A stretch of DNA of 61,865 nt, the filler included, from Callorhinchus milii (Eukaryota), in the NCBI RefSeq assembly GCF_018977255.1. It is 3 parts of 3 records of this genome, joined end to end, with 100 filler letters (N's around TTAATTAATTAA, not from the genome) between each part and the next. Parts side by side here need not be neighbours in the genome. Positions count along the whole stretch, not along the records: positions 24,398 to 48,665 come from NW_024705001.1; 2 more parts are not named here. One strand, given 5' to 3'. The position numbers and the translations under genes were made by a program. This document shows positions 30,345 to 41,400 of the stretch, in pieces. The notes beneath the pieces were generated by a model. It did not search any database. It saw only the letters and a program-made list of their open reading frames with translations, and was not told the origin of the DNA. The number at the start of each line of letters is the position of its first letter. Position 1 is the stretch's first letter.

Positions 30345-31850
30345 AACAACAATAACAACAACAACAACAAGATTCCATTTATAAAGCGCCTTTCACGTCA
30401 GGAGGACGTCCCAAGGCGCTGCATAGTTGGGTCATGACCCGAGCAGGGGGGAAATGGTCAGGGTGAGGGAAGGGAGGGAGCAAGGAGGGGGGAAATGGTC
30501 AGGGTGAGGGAAGGGAGGGAGCAAGGAGGGGGGAAATGGTCAGGGTGAGGGGAGGGAAGGGAGGGAGCGAGGAGGGGGAAGAGACTCGAGAGGGGAGCTG
30601 AAGGCACGTTCAAAGAGAAAGGTTTTGAGACCGGCCTTGAAGGAGGAAAGGGCGGAAGCAAGGCGAAGGCACTGGGGGATGGAGTTCCAGAGCCTGGGGG
30701 CTGAGAGGCTGAAGGCCCGACCACCGATGGTCGGGCGGTTGGGGCGGGGGACGTGGAGCAGACCGGAGCCAGACGAACGGAGGGTACGGGCAGGTAGCTA
30801 GGGGGATAGTAGGTCGGAGAGGTAGGAGGGAGCAAGGCCGTGAATGGCCTTGTAGGTGAGGATGAGGATCTTGAAATCAATCCTCTGGGGGATGGGGAGC
30901 CAGTGGAGGCGAGCGAGGGTGGGAGTGATGTGGTCCCGAAGTCTGGTGCGGGACAGTACACGAGCTGCAGAGTTCTGAATGACCTGCAGTGTGGAGGGAG
31001 GTGGCGGGAAGGCCGGCGAGGAGAGAGTTCCCATAGTCCAGCCTTGAGGTGACAAAGGCGTGGACCAGGGTTTCAGCAGCGTGAGGGGTGAGGTAGTGCC
31101 GTAGTCTGGCGATGTTCCGAAGGTGATGGAAGGCGGTGCCAGTTGTAGTGCGGATGTGAGGGAGAAAGGACAGCTCAGGGTCGAACAAAACGCCGAGGTT
31201 CCTGACTGGCTTTGAGAGGTGGAGAGCGCAGCCTTGGATGCTGATGCTGTCAGCGCCTGAGGTGCGGAGGCGCTGACGTGAGCCAATCAGGAGGGCCTCG
31301 GTTTTTCGCACGTTGAGCTGAAGAAAGTTGTCTCTCGTCCAGGACTCGATGTCGGACAGACAGCTGTCAGGGCATCGGTGGTCGTGGAGTTGAGAGTAGA
31401 GGAGGAAAGGTAGAGTTACTTCTCATCCGCATACATGTCGAAGTTAACTCCATGTCTGCGGATGATGTCACCACAGGGGGAGCATAGAGAGGGTGAAGCG
31501 GAGGGGACCGCGGACAGAGCCTTGGGGGAATCCACATGAAACAGTACGGGGGGTGGAGGAGAAGCCATTCGTCGAGACAAAGTGAAGACGTTGAGAAAGG
31601 TAAGAGCTAAACCATTCAAGGACAGTGCCTTGAAGGTTGAGGTGGGAGGACAAGCGGTGGAGTAGGATAGCGTGGTCGACCGTATCGAATGCTGCCGATA
31701 GGTCGAGGAGGACGAGGAGACAGAGGGAGCTCTGGTCACAGATGGTCAGAATATCATTGGTGACCTTGACCAGGGCAGTTTCTGTGCTATGAGCAGCACG
31801 GAAACCTGACTGAAGGGGTTCGAAAAGAGAATGGGTTGAGAGGAAAGAGC
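30345..31850 (-). mobile_element. L2-clade LINE, 5'-truncated, RT C-terminal half and 3' tail
   Basis: Frameshifted frames encode [53 protein letters not shown] and LHWLPIPQRIDFKIL. A ~41-bp triplicated unit lies at about 30447-30580 and a (TTG)n tail at 30345-30370. Confidence 0.9.
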
Positions 31851-31859
31851 ATGTAAGAG

Positions 31860-31919
31860 ATGTAAGCAAGAAAGTAAAAAAGTAAGCAAGAAATAAAGAA
31901 AGAAAGAAAGGAAGAAAGC

Positions 31920-31967
<48 letters not shown>

Positions 31968-31985
31968 AGGAAGGAAGTAAGAAAG
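31860..31985. repeat. (GAAA)n microsatellite
   Basis: Directly visible in the sequence. Confidence 0.9.
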
Positions 31986-32304
31986 AGATTATCATGTGAG
32001 GATCCGATGATAAGATTGTGTTGGAAACTATTCTATTTTGCAACATAATTCAGGATCTACTGAGCTCTGTTAACAGTTTCTTTACCTTAATTCAATACAT
32101 CGCTTAATCCATCATAACAACCACAACAATTTACGTTGAGTATTGTCTTTCATACCGGGAAGAGGACTCACATATTTAAAGGACATTTGTGAACCACCGT
32201 GATGCTAAAATGCAAGGAGTGCTATAGAGCAGAACATTAGTTTGTTAATACAACACCATGCAATATTCAAAGACGTAAATATTCTACGAAATTCCCCCCC
32301 ACCC

Positions 32305-32653
32305 AAGCACCTCTCTGAACTCCTCTTTCCTCAAAACAGTACACGTTGCCTTCGTTCCTCCGGGTCTGGCCTCCTCCTCGTCCCCCGATTACTCCGCTCC
32401 ACATTCGGCGGCCGTTTCTTCAGCCACTACGCCCCGAGGCTCCGGAACGGCATTCCTCACTCCCTTCCCCTCGCTCCCGCCCTTCCCATTTTCAGGTCTC
32501 TTCTCAAGACCTTTGTATTCGACGGCGACTTTGGTCACATTCCCTCCCCTCCCACTGGCTCGGTCCCGTGATCCATTACGGTGAAGCGCTCTGAGACGCC
32601 GCCCGGCGTGGAGGGCGCTTGATACATCCAAGTTGTGGTTGTTGTTGTTGTTG
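32305..32653 (+). mobile_element. L2 LINE 3'-end fragment
   Basis: Encodes LRSSGSGLLLVPR...FGGRFFSHYAPRLRN, followed by GTGAAGCGCTCTGAGACG...CAAGTTGTGGTTGTTG. Similar 3' fragments lie at 8200-8415, 34290-34811, 40050-40540 (-), 41670-42340 (-), 45215-45390 (-) and 57815-57970 (-). Confidence 0.75.
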
Positions 32654-33246
32654 TGAGCTGGAGCAGGAGGACATGGAAGCCTGAACCCCACATTGAATAC
32701 ATGGTAAAATAGAAAGGTCTAAAACATGAGAGTATAACATTTTCTGGGCGACAGAATACCAAGGCACACGGAGCTTGCTTTCCAACATCGAGTTTACCTT
32801 CCATTCCATTGAGCGACAGAGACGTCTGTTGACACTTTTTGCAATAAAAGTGCAGGTTTTGATTGATATATTTGCTGTCACAAGCAAGCCCTGGTTAATA
32901 AGAAACGACAACTACTGTAAGTTAGATATTCAAAGGTAAAATCTGAATGCAAATAGATGGAAACACTGAGCACAGTGGGCGTGGGATTGTTTGCTCATCA
33001 GGCTTCATGTTCTCCCAAAACATACATTTAAATGAAGTACAAATATCCTTGAAATTTGATATGGATCAACCCAGCAACTAATTTAGGAACAACGGTTTTT
33101 GAAGAATAACTTGAAATGTAGGTAGAAATATAAGAGTTACTTTTTCGCAGATAGCAACCAGTTATTTTATTTAAGCTGTGCTGGAATTCTTTGCAAATAA
33201 ACATTGCGAGAAAGCTGACTGATGCTTGAAAATGTGGTGGACAGAA

Positions 33247-33320
33247 GTTACTGTGGAGCAAATGGTCAGCGCGTTCGGCTGCTAACCGAAAGGTTGACGG
33301 TTCAAACACACTCAGGGACG
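33247..33320 (+). pseudogene. tRNA-Asn-derived pseudogene with anticodon changed from GTT to GCT
   Basis: GTTACTGTGGAGCAAATGGTCAGCGCGTTCGGCT-GCT-AACCGAAAGGTTGACGGTTCAAACACACTCAGGGACG is 74 nt and collinear with vertebrate tRNA-Asn(GTT). The anticodon stem is intact; the acceptor and T stems carry mismatches. Confidence 0.85.
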
Positions 33321-33796
33321 GTCCTCTTCTGGAATAAATATATTATTCTTTAGTTGCTTCCTAGCACGTGAATTAATTCAAGAAAAACTTGATCGGCTCC
33401 TTTGTCTTTATTTTCAAAGTATTCCAAAATCCTCCTCACTTGGTTCATTGACTAATTGGAACATCTCTTACTTCGTCTTGGAATTCAACGACTTCCTTCC
33501 TCCTATGTTCCGGAAGCATTCGGAATTTAAAGAAAATTATTTGCCGGAAGATATACAATCGTGTCGATGAATGGCATTGCTGGACCTGGAGGAGTGAAAC
33601 TAATCTACGCTGGAATCAAAGTGATCGAACGGCCAGCGACACAAACGCACTCTGAGGGTATTGGCTCATGAACAAAAACGTTGGCTTCTCGTTTGATCAA
33701 TGGAAGAAGGAATAATTTTGTTAGTTTCTGCACACAGCGCTTTCTGGTCAGAACTCACATCTGATCTGGACAATGTACACGCTGCAAAAGATCATT

Positions 33797-33880
33797 TGAT
33801 AGCGGTTGGTTCCGAGCCCACGTCCGCTTAGAAAATGGAGCCTGTATTCAGTGCCTTAGACAGCTGGGCCACGGTCTACC
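33797..33880 (-). pseudogene. Degenerate tRNA-Leu pseudogene (AAG/TAG-type body)
   Basis: The minus strand reads GGTAGACCGTGGCCCAGCTGTCTAAGGCACTGAATACAGGCTCCATTTTCTAAGCGGACGTGGGCTCGGAACCAACCGCTATCA. It aligns with GGTAGCGTGGCCGAGCGGTCTAAGGCGCTGGATTAAGGCTCCAGT...GGTTCGAATCCCACCGCTGCCA, with a damaged B box and many substitutions. Confidence 0.75.
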
Positions 33881-34020
33881 CTGTTTGTGAAAAATGACGA
33901 TAATTGAGATTGAGTGTGGTGGAGCAATCGAGCTGGAATTCCTGAAGCTGGTGCCTTGTGAATGAAGGTCGAAAAGGTTGCCTGCACCGACAGTACAAGA
34001 AACACAAGGAAGGTAATTGT

Positions 34021-34178
34021 TATTTCAGTGCAGGAGGTGGGCAAGAAACATAGAGAAGATCAGTGTTAGCTCAGTGCAGGGGGTGGGCAGAGTCAAACAG
34101 GGAAGTTCAGTGTTAGCTCAGTGCAGGAAGTGGGCAGAGACACATAGGGAATATCAGTGTTAGCTCAGTGCAGGAGGC
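34021..34178. repeat. ~47-bp minisatellite, about 3.5 copies
   Basis: Approximate unit: CAGTGTTAGCTCAGTGCAGGARGTGGGCAGAGANACATAGGGAAGAT. Confidence 0.85.
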
Positions 34179-34811
34179 GAGAAGACTGTGTATTTAAGCA
34201 AACCAGAAAGAGAGGGTCGTGCTGCGGCGTGAAATCCCTGACCTTAAAACCGACCATTCAAATACTTACAGTGAGATGTGGGGTGATGGGGTGCGCTGTT
34301 TCTTGTGGGTGAGGGAATGGAGCCACGGTTGGGTAAATGTCTGGCAGACGTCAACTACTGGACAGGAGCCAACTTCTTCCGGATTAATGTTGGCAAGACA
34401 GAGGCCCTTCTTCTGGGCTACGATCAGCGCCTCCTCAGCTCAGGCGCTGAAAAGTATCACCTTTCATGGTTGCACTTTACACCTCACGAGCCAATATGGA
34501 ACCTCGGTGTCCTGTTCTCGCATCAGCTGTCCATCAAACCCTACATTGGTGCCTTGCCTTGAACCGCTTCCGCCACTTTGCCATCATCCGCCATTGCCTC
34601 TCGCCACACGCTGCAGTGACCCTTATCATCGCTTTCATCACGTACCGACTTGAACGTATGAACTGTCTGCTCGCTGGACATCCCAAATCTTCCCTCCATG
34701 AGCTGCACGTTATTCAGAACCCTGCAAGTGATGTCCTTCCCATCCCTCAGAGAATTGAGTTCAGAATCCTCGTGCATATCTTCAAAGACTTCCATGATCT
34801 TGCTGCCCACT

Positions 34812-34841
34812 NNNNNNNNNNNNNNNNNNNNNNNNNNNNNN
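34812..34841. other. Intra-scaffold assembly gap (30 N)
   Basis: Run of N without the linker sequence. Confidence 0.95.
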
Positions 34842-36962
34842 TGGAGGACCAAGCACAGTAATTCGGGAATCTCGCAGCGGTGAACGGAGCGGACTGCTTA
34901 GACATTACGATCTGTCAAATCACGGGCTTCCAACCCTTGTGATATATGTGTAATGATAACTTGAAGTGATCAGCGAAGAAATACTGAAATCAATGAAGTT
35001 TCTCCTCATGTCTATCTCTTACTGGTGTAAACCTACTTGTGGACAATGACCACAATTAATCTCTGCAACAATGTTGGGGGGCTTGCCTCAGAAATCTGTT
35101 GTCCAGCACTGGGAGAACAGTTTCTGGACGACTTTTTCAGTTTCTGGCAGCAACCTGTACGGTTCTCATTGTTTTAATTACCCAAGTAAGCCCATATCAT
35201 TCTTCTTTTACTTGGAAGCTCTTGGTCACTTATAATAATAATAATAATCCTTGCATTTGTTATTGCGCTTTTCACATCTTCTGGACGTCCCAAAGCGCTT
35301 CACAGAATATACTGTCAAGTGAATTGACTGCATATTTGTGGGCGAACGCGGCAGCCAATTGCGTACAGCAATGTCCCATAAACAGTCGTAGATTGAAAAT
35401 GAACAATTTATTGTTGTATTTTCTTTTGGAGGGATTATTATTAGGCGTGTGCAGTAGGGAAACTTGCCCAAGGTTTTTGCCCTTCTGGAATGACGGCACT
35501 ATTGTTTGTGGCCGATAATATCCGCCATTTAAGATTACTTTTGTTATTTTTCGATTATATAGCAAATGCTAATATATAGCAAATGCTGGTATATATGCAT
35601 ATTTTGCAAAAGCAAGGGACGTAAATATAATGATATAAATATATTACGTATATATGCCAATATCTGTCAATATAGAGATTCATCCTGCATATATGATAAT
35701 AATAATGATACATACGTATGCCTTTTTACCTATTCTAGATGTGACAACGCGCTACACAGAATGTAGGGTGAAATGAAATAACTGCATGTTGTGCTGGCGA
35801 AAAGCAGCAACAGGGTCCCACCAAAAGTCGTGCTTTCAGTGTCTAATTCATTATTTTCTTGGAAGGAATGGTTAACCACTGAAAAGTGATCCGTCTGTCG
35901 ACGAACAAGCGGTTTACGACTTATTGGTTGATAATCAGACGCATGTAAAGAAAGAATATTAATAATAATATTAATGATCCTTGAATTTGATATAGCACTA
36001 TTCAGGTATTCTGGACGTCCGAAAGCGGTATGCAGAATATGCAGTAAAGTGAATAGAGCTTGTATTTTTAGGCGAAACGCCGCAGCCAATTTCGCACACC
36101 AGTGTCTGTCAAACAGTCGTGGATTGGAAATAAACAATTTATTATTTTTTTGGAGGGATTACTATAAGGCGTGTAAACTAGGCAACTTGCCCAATGTTTC
36201 GGCATTTGTGTAAATGAGCTCACGTGCGAGTCGAGTGCTATAACCACTGAGCTACAGGATTCCACTTCAATGGTGCGATTTCGAGTATATCTCCTTTGCC
36301 TGTGTCAGCAATGATTTGACCATCTGTGATCTGTAGATTTGTTACATAAAGCTTCTCTTCGCCAATGTCAGCTTGCTAGTGTATTTTCATCAGTTATACG
36401 TTCCCCCTTCAAATGATTTTCCTTCGAGCTAATGCCTCTTTCACTAAGCATTTGTACTGGGCGTAAGTACATAAGAAATGCTAGTCGAAAGAAGACCGAG
36501 TTTAATTCAGTTGACCTTACACCTTCCTTCAGTCGCATGCACATTTGTCCCTGATAACCGAAGAACTTAATCCCATAATACTAAATCCTGAAAGAAACAA
36601 TCTAATCTATGTTAAAAACAATTACAATTCCTGCTTCAAAGATTTCCCAAGGGAGTATGTTACACACGTTCACTATTCGCTCATTGAAATAGAGTTTGCA
36701 CAGATCACCTCATGGCCAAACACAGTCCCTCCATCTCGCCCGTAGTCAGGCTCCGCCACTGTTCAACGCTCTGAGACGCAACCAAGTGTGGAGGGCTACA
36801 TGTTATTGTTTCTATTATATCAAGGAGAAATTTGAAAAGGAAAATTTGGAGGTTAACAATATGATGTTTCAATACAAACCTAATATTTAATGCGTTAAAT
36901 AGTTTCCATCTGCAAATTGTTGGATCGCAATGTAATATTTCAACGAGAAAAGAAAGCTTCCA

Positions 36963-37200
36963 ATTGAACCAGGCTGACAGAAGCGAGCCAGGCTGACACC
37001 TATTGATTGAACCAGGCTGGACCCAGAACACGTCCAAACTGAAACCTAGTGACTCAGCTAGGCTGACACTCAAACCTGAACCAGACTAATAACAAACAAC
37101 TGAGCCAGGCTGATTTCCAGCGACTCAGCCAGGCTAACTCACAACGAATGGACAAGGCTGACACAAATAGTTACTGCGCGAAGTTGACACACAGACTGGA
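36963..37200. repeat. Degenerate ~22-bp tandem repeat
   Basis: A recurring GARCCAGGCTGAC core, roughly 10 units. Confidence 0.7.
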
Positions 37201-37353
37201 AAGGAAAGTTAACCAGGATATAGTTAGAAAGCAATAGGCCAATTGACTCAAAACCAGGATACAACTTACTGCCATATATGCAAACGGGTGTGGGGTAACC
37301 AATCGTGCCCAACGTTTTTCAACGCCCGAGAATCGAACCCAGGTCGCCACGCA

Positions 37354-37785
37354 TGTTTCTATGAGAAAAAGATTAACAGAATAGATGGCTCATATGCAGA
37401 AAACCGTGAGTAGAGCTCCTGACTAGAGACCAGAAATTGGATTGCCAGGTTATTAAGCACACGATTGAGGAAGAACGGGGAGTATGGACAAACTGCTAGA
37501 TTAGAAGGAAAACAAGGCTCAGCAGGGCACACATGCTGGATGAAAAGTACCATCAAGAGCACATCACGGATACAACTACTTGCTGGGTATAAATACAACA
37601 GACACACAAAGGAAAGGTTGAACTCCACAGAGTAAGTAATACAGGTTGCTGAGCCGAGTGCTGGGCATCAGGCTACACTGATTAACTGTTACATTTTTGA
37701 ATAAACTGTCTTGATTGTGGAACTCTGTTTTCAGACCTTTATTGGTTATTTGCGAGGAACCAATTACGGTAGAAATGACCCAACA
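37354..37785 (+). mobile_element. 5' LTR of an endogenous retrovirus or LTR retroelement
   Basis: It has TGTT...AACA inverted termini, TATAAA at 37588-37593 and AATAAA at 37700-37705, and a primer binding site follows 2 nt later. The left end coincides with the point where a minus-strand SINE (about 37225-37353) is cut. Confidence 0.72.
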
Positions 37786-37787
37786 AT

Positions 37788-37806
37788 TGGCGTAGGCGGC
37801 AGGATT
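37788..37806 (+). promoter_or_regulatory. Primer binding site complementary to tRNA-Ser
   Basis: TGGCGTAGGCGGCAGGATT compared with TGGCGTAGTCGGCAGGATT, the reverse complement of the 3' end of vertebrate tRNA-Ser(AGA/TGA) including CCA, shows one mismatch. Confidence 0.82.
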
Positions 37807-38420
37807 ATTGCTAACTGAATAGACGGAGGTGCAGATCCGGAAAAGTTATTCGAACAAACCCGGGAAGTACGGATTGTGGCGGTTCGAGGCCACGCCGAGT
37901 AACCAGTCAAAAGTTTCGAGTCCTTTTGTTTTGATTATAGTGTTTCGAGGCCACTCGAATTAACAGGTTAAAAAGGTTCGAGTACGATGGTATTAATTGT
38001 GCGCTTCAATGCCACTCGCGTTAAACATTATGTGGTTCCAGGCCATCGCGGTTAAAAACTGAGTGGTTCAAGGCAACCAGGGTTAAATGTGTGCGAATTG
38101 TGTGGTTCGAGGCCACCGGGGTTAACAAGGTAGAAGGGTTTGAGGCCTTTTGGGAAAGTTTGTGTGTACAATATTAAATGATTCGAGGCCTTTGGTCAAG
38201 TTGAACTTGTGTTTTCATTGTGAAACTCGTGCGGATAAAAGATTACAGTGTTAAAATGGGAAATGGCTGGAAAAGGAAAGCATGCGTCGAGTCAGGCTTT
38301 TACCAATAAAGCTAACGAGCGGATTGAAGAATTCCAGAAACAGTAGACAAAATGTACAACAGGAGGATACGTTTGCCAATGGATGGATCGGATGCGGAAT
38401 ACAGAAATTAGAAATCATGC
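37807..38420 (+). mobile_element. Retroelement leader with imperfect repeats and a decayed gag-like start
   Basis: About eight GGTTCGAGGCC(AC)-type units lie at 37876-38190. An ATG at 38256 gives MGNGWKRK (MG, myristoylation-type start) and stops after 17 codons. Confidence 0.5.
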
Positions 38421-41400
38421 AGAGCACCAGTTCGAGTCTGTGAAGGTCACTTTGCTTCCAGGGACTTTTTCATGGGTAATGCATTGGATCAGGTATTCTT
38501 TTGAAAGCAGAATTTTCAAATAATATTAAACTTTAGTTTGATGAGAAGAGGCACATGTTCCAGGTAACTAAGGTAACTGCCCAGGAGTGTCAGGCTGGCT
38601 TGGCTGTTCATATTGATATTTTCTGGGGTCAAGTTCAACAATTAGTCCTGTTGAACTTTGCTATGCTTTCGGGAAGTGGTGGCCAACCCATGGCCTGCAG
38701 GCTGGAAGTTGCCCACAGGGGCCATAAGAAGCGAACCCTGAACATTCACACTTGTCGAGGTAAGTCCGTGTTCAATCAATATGGTGTTTCCAGTTTATTC
38801 TTCATTGAATATTTCTTGATTCTGTGGCACAAATCAATAAATGTTATTTTGTTGGCCGACTAAAAAAGTTTAGGTGCTTCAATTCCATCTTCTAAGGACT
38901 TACTGAAACAGAATTTCTATTTAGCAGTTCTGATATTTTGTACGTGTGCCTCACACATCCTTTCATGCACACAGTACGTACGTGGACACAGAGTATCCAG
39001 GGTGGTAGAAGCCAAAAGCTTTGGTGTTTTTGTACCCTACTACAACTGAAATCCTGTGGGTAATGATTATCCAGCAGTCACCCAAACCATGAGGAGAGAA
39101 TTCTGAAGAATGGGCTTGGAAAAATCTTGTCTCATGACATGCCTGCCACAACAATTCTCATTGATTCAGCATGCAATCTGGTTAATCAACAGTATCTTAC
39201 AGTGCCACCGAGCAGCCTGGGTGAGTAGTGGATCATAGATTCTTATCAGACAATTGACTTGGATCCTTTTCCCCTCCATCTGATATTTCTCCATGGAACT
39301 AGATTGGACCATTTTCTCTTGCTGCGCCCAGTAGTTTTTTCAAAGAGCTGGCACAGACATGATGGGCCGAATGATCTCCTTCTGTAATATTCTATGGTTC
39401 AATGTAGTTGAATCAGCTAGCTTTGCCACGCCATCGTCTGTGCATAGCTTAGAGTAAGCCAAGCACGATAATAGTTTTAGGTCTTATACTGTACGCTATA
39501 TTAATTTAATATGTGCTGACTTAGAAATTTACAGGGAGAATGTATGGTATGTGATAATTAACATGAGAGCAGAACATGCAGTTTTTAACTTGTTCATCCT
39601 TTGTGATATCTTTGGAGCTGACCACCTGCCTCTACTCACATTTGTGGAAAATGGCTCTTCATATTTTTCCAGAGTGGCATTTATTTTAAAAAGCTAAAAA
39701 ATAATTTGTGGCTCACATTGAAATATAGTACTGTATCTTGTTAACTTAAAATCCAAGATAGCAGTGAATCAGTCATGTAAAAGCTGGACAACGCCATTCT
39801 CAAAAATGTAGTTGTTTAGTCCTAAATTGACTGTATATTTGTGGGCGAACGCTGCAGCTAATTGCGCACAGCAATGTCCCACAAACAGTCGTAGATTGAA
39901 AATGACCAATTTATTATTGTTTTGTTTTAGAGGGATTATTATTAAGCGTGTAGAGTAAGGAAATTGCCCAAGGTTCTGGAACTGCTTGGAACTGAACTCA
40001 GGTCTCTCACTTGCAAAGCGAGTGCTCTAACCACTGAGCTACAGGACTCCACAACTTGTACTTGAACAGCGACTTTCACGTCAACGTCAAGTCCCAAAGC
40101 GCTGAACAGGCAGTGATCCGCAACCGAGATAACTGTTGAGCACAGGAGGCAAGGAGGGAGTGGATGGGAGGTGTAGGCTGGTGATCGGAGGCACGATCGA
40201 AGAAGAGAATCTTGAGACTGGTCTTGACGCATTGAAGGAAACCTGCGAGACGCAGGGTTTTCGTGGAGGGAACAAGGTGGCAGATGAACAGCACGCTGGA
40301 GCTCAACGAGCAGAGAGAGCAAAGGGGTTGGTAGTGGAATAGGATATCACAGATATAGGGAGGAGCAAGACCGTTTAGGGCATTCAGGGTGAGTACCAGT
40401 ATCTTCAACTTTATACACTGAGAGAAGGGAATCCATTGGAGTCGGAAAAGGATAGCTGTGTCAGGGTGGCGGAGCCTGCTGCGGAGAGGACATGTATATG
40501 GGCAGTCAATGAAGAGAGCGGTTGGGAAGACCGACAATCTTGCGTAATATTAGCAGTATGCAAAGATTTACTGCATTAGGTTGCAATAGACATTTTATAA
40601 AGTCGCATATCAGGTTACTCAAGTTGACAGAGAAAAATAGTGTAGCGTATATATTGACTGTCAATATACGGCAATCCATAGAGGAGTGCGAGTAGATAAG
40701 CGCATGAAAATTGCTTCAGAAGTGGAAAGGACTGTGATGTAAGTTTTAAAAAAAGATTTACAAAGACTTACATCGATTGTACAGAACGGAAGGAAAGCCT
40801 TAACATCAACCGGTCCATGCTTGTGTTTTGTAATCGACATGACTCATTACTTCCTGCCATTGCCTTCTTGAACGCACCAAATAAAAATATCAATTCAGGC
40901 AACAATTTCCAAAATGTCCCTGCCCTGTGCGTAAAGGAATTCCTTCTAATTTCTATTTTTCATCCCACCACCGCTATTCAATATTTCTGCATCCTGATTA
41001 CGAACTCCCCAGAAACTGGAAACCGCCTCCCAAATTGGCACAACCTACACGAAATGATAGATTTCTAACTATATTTTCCAATCGACATCCCTTACCAGAA
41101 TCGCTCGACTTACGTCCTCTGCATTGCCCACCGCAGACCATGTCTCACACCAACTGTCGAACCACTCATTGATGGATCGATTTCAAGGTTCTCACACTTA
41201 CTCAAAATTCATTTCAAGTCATAACAAGTCCCTCACCTCCCGACCACGAAAAACTAAATGGGGAGTTTGAGTTATCTTTTTTGCGGATAATATTGTTTTG
41301 ATGTGCAATGCCCTAAATAATAAGGTGATAGAAGTATAGCGCACCTTGGCATTGAACAAGAAATTAGACACTTTATAAAAAATTAAAGCATTAAAAATTG

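Noticed and set aside
37311..37353. 3' half of a tRNA-Gly or tRNA-Asp gene targeted by the LTR element
   Set aside because: The sequence continues on the minus strand into the SINE body (AAACGTTGGGCA...GCAGTAAGT), so it is a SINE head and not a tRNA gene.
37876..38190. CRISPR-like repeat-spacer array
   Set aside because: The context is eukaryotic, the repeats are degenerate with irregular spacing, and there are no cas genes. The other tandem arrays lack unique spacers.
38965..39225. Exon-like stretch ending in GTGAGT
   Set aside because: All three forward frames contain stops and I recognise no homology.
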